Source: an uncultured Desulfobacterales bacterium (GTDB taxonomy: Bacteria > Desulfobacterota > DSM-4660 > Desulfatiglandales > HGW-15). From it: a DNA stretch of 64,000 nucleotides. The translations under genes were made by a program, and so were the position numbers. The stretch's first letter is position 1. Each line of letters starts with the position of its first letter. Positions 27,003 through 35,022 of the stretch are shown one piece after another. The stretch is taken from positions 17,862 through 81,861 of the forward strand of contig CAYVDE010000002.1 of NCBI GenBank assembly GCA_964450535.1, read 5' to 3'. Below the pieces are notes generated by a model that ran no database searches, was not told the DNA's origin, and was given only the letters and a program-made list of their open reading frames with translations.

Positions 27003-29921
27003 TCAGAGGACGTTTTGGATCTCAAGCCACCCGGGACGATCGACTACGGCGGCCTCAATGGCGTGTTTTGAACCCAGAACTTTGACGATACCCGTATCCC
27101 TGACACCGTCCAAGACTTCCGCAAAGGAACGAAAGTGCTCTTCAGTGGTCCCCAGTACTTCTTCCCGAACTCTTTGCCGTTCCTTGCCGGTCTGTCCGGT
27201 CAGGCGGCGGAGTAAGGAGAAGTGACCGGCCGCGTCCGGAAGCCTGTACTGATCGATTTCTCCGATGGTACCTACGACGGCCTTGGTGAGCTCGCTTTTG
27301 CCCAGGGAGACGGAGCGGAGAAATTTGCTCGATTCATCAAAGACCTTCAAGGTTTCCAGCAAGTTGGGGTCCCTATAGGAGACGAAGGTAAGGGCGTTGG
27401 AAAGCCTGTCAATGCTGCAGAAGGCACCGTACGCCCCTCCCAGCACCCGAATGCGGTCCCAGAGCCATGCGTTGCGGAGGAACCTGGTGATGACCAGGGC
27501 GGACCCGTCAAACTCGTAGCCGAGGGGGTCCAGGACCGCTCCCTTGCCCACATAGTTTACGTGGGCCGGAATGGTAAGCCCCTCGAAACAGGGCGGGTGG
27601 ACGGGTATCCAGGCTCCGGCAGGGGCCGCTGTGTCAGGCAGGGCTTTTAATAATTCGGTTACCAGGGGGTCTACCCGGGACCAACCCTTGTCGTCAACCG
27701 TGATATTGAGAACCAGGGCCTCTCGCCGCACCAGGGCATGGCGCACCTCTTCGAGGCGGGAGAGCACCGCCGGCCAGTCCCGGTCCACCATGTCTACGAG
27801 CTCTCTCAGGAAAAACAGGTAGTTCAGGCCGCCCATCTGCTCGGCGGCCCAGTTCGCCTCCCCGAAATGAGAGGAGATCCTCGTGCTCACCACCTGGTGT
27901 CCTGAAGGAACCAGACCTTGTTCTTTGCGGGCCTTGGCCTGGAGGACTATCTGACGGAAGCGCTCCCGGTCGTCCAACTTGACCTCGAGAAGGATGTCCC
28001 GGAGAATATCCACCAGGTCTCCGGCCTTGGGTGTCATGGCCTTGGCCCGAAGAAACATCCATGCGGCTCCCCGCGAATTCTCGCGTGACGCGGACAGGAA
28101 AAAGGCGGGGTGTATGCCTCCGGTCTTTCGGCTGATTCGCTCGGTGAGTTCGACGTAATCCTCGCTTCTGGTTCCCATCTCCATGAGGGCTCGGCCGAAG
28201 AGCCGCACAAAAGGGAGGAGCCCGGGTCGAAGCGAGTGGAGGTTGAAGCCCAGGTCCAGGTAGGTGATCCCGTTCGTAAAGAGGTCGTGGACCACCACAT
28301 CAGTGCCGTGACGTTCCCCAAATTCCTCGGGTATCTCCTTGTTCTTGCGGGGCAGGTCCTTCAGGCGGAGCGTGGGAATGGCGGCCAGGGCCTCGGGAGG
28401 GTCAGGCTTTTCCTGAATCTCCCGAAGAGTTTTTGTCGTTTCAATGGCACTTTGCAGTTCCTGTGGTCCCATGGCCTCCCGGGCCTTTTGGAGCAGCTCC
28501 TGCTCCTCTGCCGCCTGCCTTGACGAAAGACCCGGTTTTGGAGTCAGGACAACAGTGGTCCTGTGAGGGTTGTCCAGAAACCATTCCGCTATCATTCGGG
28601 GGAACAGGGAATCATCCTCGTTGACTCGGGACTTGAGTGCCGAGAGGGGCGCTTCAAAGGCCACAAGCGCCAGGGGATCCCTGTCGTAAAGCCATGTCGT
28701 GAGGCTGCGGAGCATGAGAAGGAGACCCCTGGGATACTGGCCGGTGTTGTTCTCCCGTAGACCGAATTCGAGCGTGTTCATGGCGGCCTCCACGGTCAGA
28801 GGGCCTATCCGTTCCTGGGACAGCCGCCTCAGAGTGTCCGAAACCAGGGGCTCTATGCGGTCCAAGTCCTCCGTTTTTACGCCCTTGAGGCCGGTGGAAA
28901 AGAACATCTGGCGCAGCTCACTCTCCAGCCCCCCGCCGGCCAGGGATTCTCCCAGCCCCGATTCGATTAGGGCCTTCCTGAGCGGGGAGCCGGGCATCCC
29001 CAGAAGGATGTAGTTAAGCACGTGAAAAGCCAGGCTGTTCACAGGATCTGGTTCTCCGGGAAACAGCCAGTTTACGGTGACCATGCCTTTGGAGGACGCC
29101 TGCTCGTCCTCGCCGGGATCAAAGGGCTCTGTGAGGCGAAGGGGTTTCCTGAAAGGCTCCTGAAGAGGGACCGTGGAATCGATTTCGAGCCGGTCGAAAT
29201 CGAGGAGGTAGCCTTGGGCGATCTCCAGCCGCTTGTCCGGATCATCGTCGCCGTAGAAAAACAGGCGCGCGTTGGATGGATGGTAGTACCTGCGGTGAAA
29301 ATCCTTGAACTGCTCGTAAGTCAACTCAGGGATGCGCCGGGGATGCCCTCCGGAGTCCAGGCCGTAAGGCGTGTCAGGAAAGAGCGACTGCTGGCTGAGT
29401 TCGGCCATGAGGGAATCGGGCGAGGAGTAGGCCCCCTTCATCTCGTTGTAGACCACCCCCTTGAACACCATGGGGCCGTCGGCCCGATCCACGTCGAAAT
29501 GCCACCCCTCCTGCTGGAAGACAGCGGGCGTGATGCGTGGATAGAATACGGCGTCGAGGTAGACGTCTATGAGATTGTAGAAATCCTGCGTGTTCTGGCT
29601 TGCCACTGGGTAACAGGTCTTGTCCGGATAGGTCATGGCGTTTAAAAAAGTCTTGAGCGAGCCTTTGAGGAGCTCAACAAAGGGTTCCTTGACCGGGTAC
29701 TTGCGAGAGCCGCACAGCACAGAGTGCTCCAGGATGTGGGCCACCCCGGTGGAGTCTTGCGGAGGGGTCCGAAAGGCTATGCCGAATACCTTGTTTTCAT
29801 CATCGTTTATCAGACTGAGCAGTTCGGCCCCGGTCTTCACGTGACGAAAGATCTCGGCGCGTGTGTTGAGCTCGGGAATATCTCTGGCGTCAATGCGCTC
29901 AAAGCCATGCAAGTCGGTCAT
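27003..29921 (-). CDS. M16 (insulinase/pitrilysin) family metalloprotease, PreP-like (M16C)
   Basis: 972 aa. Inverted zinc motif HILEHSVLCGS near the N-terminus. Size and four-domain layout match presequence-protease-like enzymes. Confidence 0.85.
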   Translation of the reverse strand: MTDLHGFERIDARDIPELNTRAEIFRHVKTGAELLSLINDDENKVFGIAFRTPPQDSTGVAHILEHSVLCGSRKYPVKEPFVELLKGSLKTFLNAMTYPDKTCYPVASQNTQDFYNLIDVYLDAVFYPRITPAVFQQEGWHFDVDRADGPMVFKGVVYNEMKGAYSSPDSLMAELSQQSLFPDTPYGLDSGGHPRRIPELTYEQFKDFHRRYYHPSNARLFFYGDDDPDKRLEIAQGYLLDFDRLEIDSTVPLQEPFRKPLRLTEPFDPGEDEQASSKGMVTVNWLFPGEPDPVNSLAFHVLNYILLGMPGSPLRKALIESGLGESLAGGGLESELRQMFFSTGLKGVKTEDLDRIEPLVSDTLRRLSQERIGPLTVEAAMNTLEFGLRENNTGQYPRGLLLMLRSLTTWLYDRDPLALVAFEAPLSALKSRVNEDDSLFPRMIAEWFLDNPHRTTVVLTPKPGLSSRQAAEEQELLQKAREAMGPQELQSAIETTKTLREIQEKPDPPEALAAIPTLRLKDLPRKNKEIPEEFGERHGTDVVVHDLFTNGITYLDLGFNLHSLRPGLLPFVRLFGRALMEMGTRSEDYVELTERISRKTGGIHPAFFLSASRENSRGAAWMFLRAKAMTPKAGDLVDILRDILLEVKLDDRERFRQIVLQAKARKEQGLVPSGHQVVSTRISSHFGEANWAAEQMGGLNYLFFLRELVDMVDRDWPAVLSRLEEVRHALVRREALVLNITVDDKGWSRVDPLVTELLKALPDTAAPAGAWIPVHPPCFEGLTIPAHVNYVGKGAVLDPLGYEFDGSALVITRFLRNAWLWDRIRVLGGAYGAFCSIDRLSNALTFVSYRDPNLLETLKVFDESSKFLRSVSLGKSELTKAVVGTIGEIDQYRLPDAAGHFSLLRRLTGQTGKERQRVREEVLGTTEEHFRSFAEVLDGVRDTGIVKVLGSKHAIEAAVVDRPGWLEIQNVL

Positions 29922-30011
29922 GGGAGTCTCCTATATTCTTGATCCGTTAACTTCTCTCCGACACCGATGCTGTTTTGCTTCGAAGAACAGCGTAAAACCG
30001 GTGTAATCGAG

Positions 30012-30551
30012 TCAAGGGTCCATGTAATAGCGATAGAACGCCGCAAGCACCAGAGCGTGGGTGATCCGGTTTTCCCGAATCAGCCGGGGGATGTCGGAAA
30101 GCGGCCGAAGCAGGACCTCAATGTCCTCTTTGTCGTCCTGATCCTGATCGCCCTTTGAGAACACATCGCGGGCCAGGAACGTATGACAACGGTTGTTGAG
30201 GATTGCGGGATTCGGGTGGACATAGCCCAGATAGGCCATGCCACGGTCCATGTATCCTGTCTCCTCGGCCAGTTCTTTTCGAGCCGCATCCTCGGGCGTG
30301 TCCCCGGGTTCGACGATTCCACCGGGGATCTCCAGGGTGATATCTCGAATTCCGTGCCGGTACTGGCGGATCAGGACCACCTCCCCGGACGGGGTTACTG
30401 GGATGACGTTGACCCAATCGGCGGATTCCAGGATGTAGAAGTCGTGATCCCTGCCCGTACGGGGGGAACGTGCACGGTCGGTACGGAGGTGGAAGACACG
30501 GTATGATTTCTCCCGCCGGCTTGACAGGACTTCCCAGGGTTTCGTCGGCAT
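30012..30551 (-). CDS. NUDIX hydrolase
   Basis: 179 aa. Nudix box GGIVEPGDTPEDAARKELAEETGY. Confidence 0.8.
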   Translation of the reverse strand: MPTKPWEVLSSRREKSYRVFHLRTDRARSPRTGRDHDFYILESADWVNVIPVTPSGEVVLIRQYRHGIRDITLEIPGGIVEPGDTPEDAARKELAEETGYMDRGMAYLGYVHPNPAILNNRCHTFLARDVFSKGDQDQDDKEDIEVLLRPLSDIPRLIRENRITHALVLAAFYRYYMDP

Positions 30552-30669
30552 CGGTTTTCCTCACTGTTCTCTCAAGGTGTTTGATCCACGGACTATAGGT
30601 GAAATCGACCGGGAGATCAAGAGAGGGTCCCCGACGGTGCCGGGTGGTGAGGGTATTTTTGTTTCAGGG

Positions 30670-32622
30670 CTATGGCGGCGGGTTTCCTTCCCGGCGGAAG
30701 AAGGCCTCAACGTCGCTTAGGTCGTGCTTCACCGGCATGGCGGGCAGGCTGTGCAGGAACTGCCCTCCGTAGCGGGCGGTGACGATCCTTGCGTCAAGGA
30801 TTGCCAGGATTCCAAAGTCCGTGCTGCTCCTTATCAGGCGTCCCAGGCCCTGCTTGAGCGCTATGATCGCCGCCGGAAGCTGATAGTCCATGAAGGGGTT
30901 TTCCCCTCGCTTGCGGATAGCCTCAATGCGTGCCGCCACCAGCGGGTCCCCGGGTGAGTCGAAGGGGAGCTTGTCCACTATGAGGCAGCTCAGGGTCTCC
31001 CCAGGGACGTCGATCCCCTGCCAGAACGACCCCGTGGCCAGGAGCACGGAATGGACATCCCGGGTGAACCGCTCAAGCAGGATCGATTTCGGGGCCTGCC
31101 CCTGTCGGAAGAGTGCGTATGGCAGGTCTGAGGAGAGATGCTGGTGCACACGGTTAAGGTTCTGGTAGCTGGTGAAGAGCACCAGTGCCCGGCCTTTGCT
31201 GATCTTCAGTATTTCCTGAATTCGCTCGGCCGCCCGATCCGCGAAGTCCGATTCGGACGGCAGGGGCAGGTCCCTGGGCACATACATGAGGGTCTGGGCC
31301 TGGAAGTCGAAGTGGCTTTCGTGGATGCCCTCCAAGAGGTCGTCTCGGAGACCCAGCCTGGAGCGCACGTAGTTGAAGTTTCCATCCGTTGAGAGGGTGG
31401 CCGAGGTGAGGACGAGGGTGTCCAGTGTGTCGTAAAGGTGTTCGCGGAGAGGACCGGACACGTCCAGGGGCGAGGCGTGGAGTAGGACTCCGGTTTTGCG
31501 GCGCTCGTACCATGACAGCCATTCGGGGTTGTCCGCCTCCAGGATGACGTCCAGGGCCCGGGCCAGGTTTCCGGCACGTCCGGCAAAGTTCTGGAGTACG
31601 GGATCGGAGGCTTTTTCAAGGGCGCACCGTTCCTGAACCCTTTCCAGTTCACGGTGCAAGACCGCTGCTGTTTCTTCCTGAAGAAAAGCGCGGGCGCTGT
31701 CGTCCAGCAGACCCCGCTCGGACCTTTCACGAAAAAAGCCGCGTACGGCCTCTGCAGAGAAGCGTATGGACTTCAGGGCCTTTTCCAGTTTTTTCCGGTC
31801 GAATCCGGGATCGTCGCCGGCTGCGCGGACCGCCTTGTCCGCATCCGACACAAGGTCCACGAGCTGGTTGGTGCTCAGCCTTTCCCCGAAATAGGCCGTG
31901 GCCGTGTCCTCCACCTTGTGGGCCTCGTCCATGACCACCACCTGGAAACGGGGCAGGATCTCGCCGAATCCTCCTTTCTTGACCATAAGATCGGCAAAGA
32001 AGAGATGGTGGTTCACGATGATGATGCGGGAGGCTGCGGCCTTCCTGCGGAGTGCGTTGAGGAAGCAGTCGTCATAGTGGTTGCAGCGGGGCCCTAGACA
32101 CTGCTCGGATGTGGACGAGACGGCATCCCATAAAGGGTCGTCGTCGGCGAGCCAGTCGAGTTCGGCGCGATCGGCGAACTCCGTCTTTCTGATCCAGCGA
32201 CCCATGCGCTTTTGAACACCGGCCATGCTTTTGCCAAAGAGGTCGGGGGAGGCCTTTGTCTGGTAATAGCGGTGAAGGCAGAGGTAGTTTGCACGCCCCT
32301 TCATGAGCATGGCATCGATGTCCATGTCTATTGCCCGGGCGAGCAATGGGATGTCCTTGAAGGCTATCTGTTCCTGAAGGTTCTTTGTCCCTGTTGAGAT
32401 GACGGCCTTTTTCCCGGAGAGGACAACGGGGGTCAGGTAGCCAAGGGTCTTGCCCGTGCCCGTGCCGGCTTCTATAAGGACGTGGCGCTCCTCCCGGAGC
32501 CCCCGATCGATCAGGCGGGCCATAGCGAGTTGGGAGGCCCGGAACTCAAAACCTTCCAGACGGCGGGAAAGGAGTCCTTGGGGCCCCAGCACACGTTCAA
32601 TCTGGTCGGCGGCTGAAGACAT
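30670..32622 (-). CDS. dinG: DinG/XPD-family ATP-dependent DNA helicase
   Basis: Walker A EAGTGTGKT, DEAH box VVMDEAHKV and an Fe-S Cys cluster (CLGPRCNHYDDC). Start placed at ATG 32622 (alternative 32697). The track start at 32790 would overlap the divergent gene. Confidence 0.8.
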   Translation of the reverse strand: MSSAADQIERVLGPQGLLSRRLEGFEFRASQLAMARLIDRGLREERHVLIEAGTGTGKTLGYLTPVVLSGKKAVISTGTKNLQEQIAFKDIPLLARAIDMDIDAMLMKGRANYLCLHRYYQTKASPDLFGKSMAGVQKRMGRWIRKTEFADRAELDWLADDDPLWDAVSSTSEQCLGPRCNHYDDCFLNALRRKAAASRIIIVNHHLFFADLMVKKGGFGEILPRFQVVVMDEAHKVEDTATAYFGERLSTNQLVDLVSDADKAVRAAGDDPGFDRKKLEKALKSIRFSAEAVRGFFRERSERGLLDDSARAFLQEETAAVLHRELERVQERCALEKASDPVLQNFAGRAGNLARALDVILEADNPEWLSWYERRKTGVLLHASPLDVSGPLREHLYDTLDTLVLTSATLSTDGNFNYVRSRLGLRDDLLEGIHESHFDFQAQTLMYVPRDLPLPSESDFADRAAERIQEILKISKGRALVLFTSYQNLNRVHQHLSSDLPYALFRQGQAPKSILLERFTRDVHSVLLATGSFWQGIDVPGETLSCLIVDKLPFDSPGDPLVAARIEAIRKRGENPFMDYQLPAAIIALKQGLGRLIRSSTDFGILAILDARIVTARYGGQFLHSLPAMPVKHDLSDVEAFFRREGNPPP

Positions 32623-32767
32623 GGACAGGACCTTATACGGTGGCGGACGGTCCGTCAATGTCAAGAAGAAAGGCTTTTTCAAGGAGCCTGCTGCCATGCT
32701 ATGAGTAAGAGACAGGTTCCGTGTGCAGGGCAGAGTCTGCGCCCACAGGTACACTGAGAGGTCATGA

Positions 32768-33034
32768 ATGAAGATCCGTCTTAGATCCACTTATGCCGTA
32801 GGCCTGACGGCGGGCCGGAGTGAAAAGGATGCGCCTGAGTCAAGGGACACCCTTGAACTGGCCTCAGGGACCACGGTCCAGGAAATGCTCGAGCGGTTCC
32901 CCGGTCTGGGTCCTCCTGATTCCTATGACGACATCATGATCCACGTGTTTGTAAACGGAAGCCTTCGAGGGTTCGATCATGTGCTCGATCACGGCGATGT
33001 CGTTGACATCCATATCCCGGTTTCCGGCGGATGA
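32768..33034 (+). CDS. MoaD/ThiS-family ubiquitin-like small protein (C-terminal Gly-Gly)
   Basis: 88 aa ending ...DVVDIHIPVSGG-stop. The beta-grasp-like pattern VFVNG...L.DGD.V matches the family. Confidence 0.6.
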   Translation: MKIRLRSTYAVGLTAGRSEKDAPESRDTLELASGTTVQEMLERFPGLGPPDSYDDIMIHVFVNGSLRGFDHVLDHGDVVDIHIPVSGG

Positions 33035-33094
33035 CCGGCCTGTTCCCGGCAGAATCGCCCTATAACTGCATGAAAACATTAGGCGTTCGCAGAA

Positions 33095-33445
33095 CTATTT
33101 CTTGGCGGACGCCCTCCAGTCCCTGAGGCTCATTGCCACTTCGGCCACCCTGCGCCCCTGGGTTAGGGCGATTTCCAGGTCCTGTTCTTTCGGCTGAAGG
33201 GAGTTGTACGGACCGGCCAGGGTACTTGCGCTGTAAGGCGTCCCTCCCCGGGCCTCGGCGTGGATCATGCCCGGCAGGGAATATGGTACGCCCACCATGA
33301 TCATGCCGAGGTGAAGGAGCGGAATCATGGTGCTCAAGAGGGTGGTCTCCTGGCCTCCGTGGCTTGTCGAGGTGGAGGTGAAGACCCCGGCCGGCTTTCC
33401 TTCCATCGCGCCTTTCATGAACTCCCAACCATTACTCCATGGTTT
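33095..33445 (-). pseudogene. wrbA: 5'-truncated wrbA (NAD(P)H:quinone oxidoreductase) remnant
   Basis: Only the C-terminal half of a WrbA-like flavodoxin fold is present (GKPAGVFTSTSTSHGGQETTLLS...HLGMIMVGVPY...RGGTPYSASTLAG). Homology ends at an in-frame TAG (33446-33448) followed by AT-rich non-coding DNA. Confidence 0.6.
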
Positions 33446-33507
33446 CTAAAAGTTGATTCTCTCTTAAATCAATATTTATTCATGTCCATATGGCCGGGAG
33501 ACAGGGT

Positions 33508-34413
33508 TCACCCGGGTCCGGTTGCCGGCACACTGCAGCAGGCGGACACGCTCCGGTGAAAGGCCTCTTCCGCGGCCTTCACTTCTCTTATGCGTCCGGG
33601 GTCCAGAAAGGGCCCGTAGAGCCGGTCTTCAGGGTCCGGTTCGCGCCCCAGGAGTTTTCGTTCCAGCAGCGCGAGGGCCTGAATGGACTTGTCGCAGATT
33701 GGGTACCCCTTGTCGTCGAGAGCGATTCGGCGCTCAAGAGAAACCGAGGATACGTTGTTTATATCCACGACTTTTATGAATCCCGAGGGTGTCAGCAACA
33801 GGTTGTTCACCCCGGCCAGATCGGGGATCAATGAAGAGTCTCGAACCATTCGTTTTATGCGGTCTATGAAGGAAGCGGCCCGGTCTTTAACGGCACCCAT
33901 CGAGCCTTCCTGAGCCAAGTAGACCATGCCCGGTTCACGGTTGCGAGCTCGGACCAGGAGTTCATCCAGGAGGTTTTCCCGGAGCGGGCTCCATGGGTCC
34001 AGGGGTACTCCTTCCACGTATTCCTGGAGACCACAGAGCAGCGGGCCTCGATTCTCTCCGGAGCGGTAGTCCACCAGGAATTCCTCGGACAGAGCCACAT
34101 GCCGGGGCGAAAGGTAGTGCTCGACGAGCCTCACCCTTCGAATCTCCTTAAGGCCCTCGGAAGGCTCGCGAAAGCGGCTACGGAACACTCGAAACATCTT
34201 GACCGGCCTTGCCCGGGGAAACCGGAGGACCCCGTCCTCCATGACACCGACCCTCTCGGCGTTCACGTCATCCGGATTCAGTACCTCCAGGATGTGGGAG
34301 CGAAGACCCTGCCGGTAATGCCTCCGGAAAACGTATGGGGGGTCGGCACGGATGAAGTTGAGTCCCAGGATGTCTTCAGGTCCGATCCTGAGCCTGTCTC
34401 GAATGTCGGTCAT
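33508..34413 (-). CDS. hypothetical protein with protein-kinase-like catalytic-loop signature
   Basis: Start moved to ATG 34413 (MTDIRDRL...), because the longer track ORF runs through repeat copy B. LIPDLAGVNNLLLTPSGFIKVVDINN resembles the kinase-fold catalytic loop plus metal-binding Asp. No defined family recognised. Confidence 0.5.
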   Translation of the reverse strand: MTDIRDRLRIGPEDILGLNFIRADPPYVFRRHYRQGLRSHILEVLNPDDVNAERVGVMEDGVLRFPRARPVKMFRVFRSRFREPSEGLKEIRRVRLVEHYLSPRHVALSEEFLVDYRSGENRGPLLCGLQEYVEGVPLDPWSPLRENLLDELLVRARNREPGMVYLAQEGSMGAVKDRAASFIDRIKRMVRDSSLIPDLAGVNNLLLTPSGFIKVVDINNVSSVSLERRIALDDKGYPICDKSIQALALLERKLLGREPDPEDRLYGPFLDPGRIREVKAAEEAFHRSVSACCSVPATGPG

Positions 34414-34516
34414 GGGGTCAGGTCTTGTTTTTTGACTTTTCTGAGTTTTGTTATCCTTTTTCGGGAACTGTGTCGGCATTATTTCAGGGAAAAAGTCAAA
34501 AAACAAGATCTGACCC
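34414..34516. repeat. inverted-repeat element, copy B (GGGGTCAGGTCTTGTTTTTTGACTTTT ... AAAAGTCAAAAAACAAGATCTGACCC)
   Basis: Arms at 34414-34440 and 34491-34516 read directly, separated by about 50 nt of unique loop. Confidence 0.9.
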
Positions 34517-34572
34517 AAAGGCTTACCTACCGAAAAAATGTGCATCTGAAACGGCCCTACCAAACCGAACAA

Positions 34573-35022
34573 ATATATCGTAATATCAATATGTTAAATA
34601 AATACGCCATTGCTGTTTTACTCTCTTTACAGCCCTTCGCCTCTAATTCTGACTGAGTTTTAGAGAGCCTATAATATTGATATTCAAGCAAATTTCAGTC
34701 AAATGCACAATTATATATGATATTTTGCACATATTTTTGTGTAAATAGACATCATTATTAATCTAATTTTAAAACATTATTAATAGCATTATTTTGATTG
34801 ATTTTGAATATTATGAAAAATAAATCATTTATCAGGTACTTAAAGAGCATTTTATATTACATACCGGCTGTTTGGGCCGAAATGGGTTGAATCGAAGTTA
34901 ATGGCACGTATTTTGATAAGAAGAACGTGCTATATGGGCCTCCTAAAGTTAACCCGGCTGCTTGGGGCATCTTCCTCGCTGAATGTCTCAGACGGCGATT
35001 GGAATTCAGGAGATCAAAGGCG
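34573..35022 (+). promoter_or_regulatory. very AT-rich ~450-bp leader/promoter region of the Rhs cassette
   Basis: Composition changes abruptly against GC-rich flanks, with long A/T runs (e.g. 34680-34860). No credible ORF. It ends at the RBS (AGGAG at 35008) of the first cassette gene. Individual promoter elements not resolved. Confidence 0.4.

Noticed and set aside
34927-35022. Upstream-extended starts offered by the ORF track (34927, 40959, 32790, 26967, 7184, 58187, 61952, 3067, 34572)
   Set aside because: In each case an internal ATG preceded by a Shine-Dalgarno sequence gives a proper signal peptide or family-typical N-terminus. The extension either overlaps a neighbouring gene or repeat, or adds non-homologous residues.
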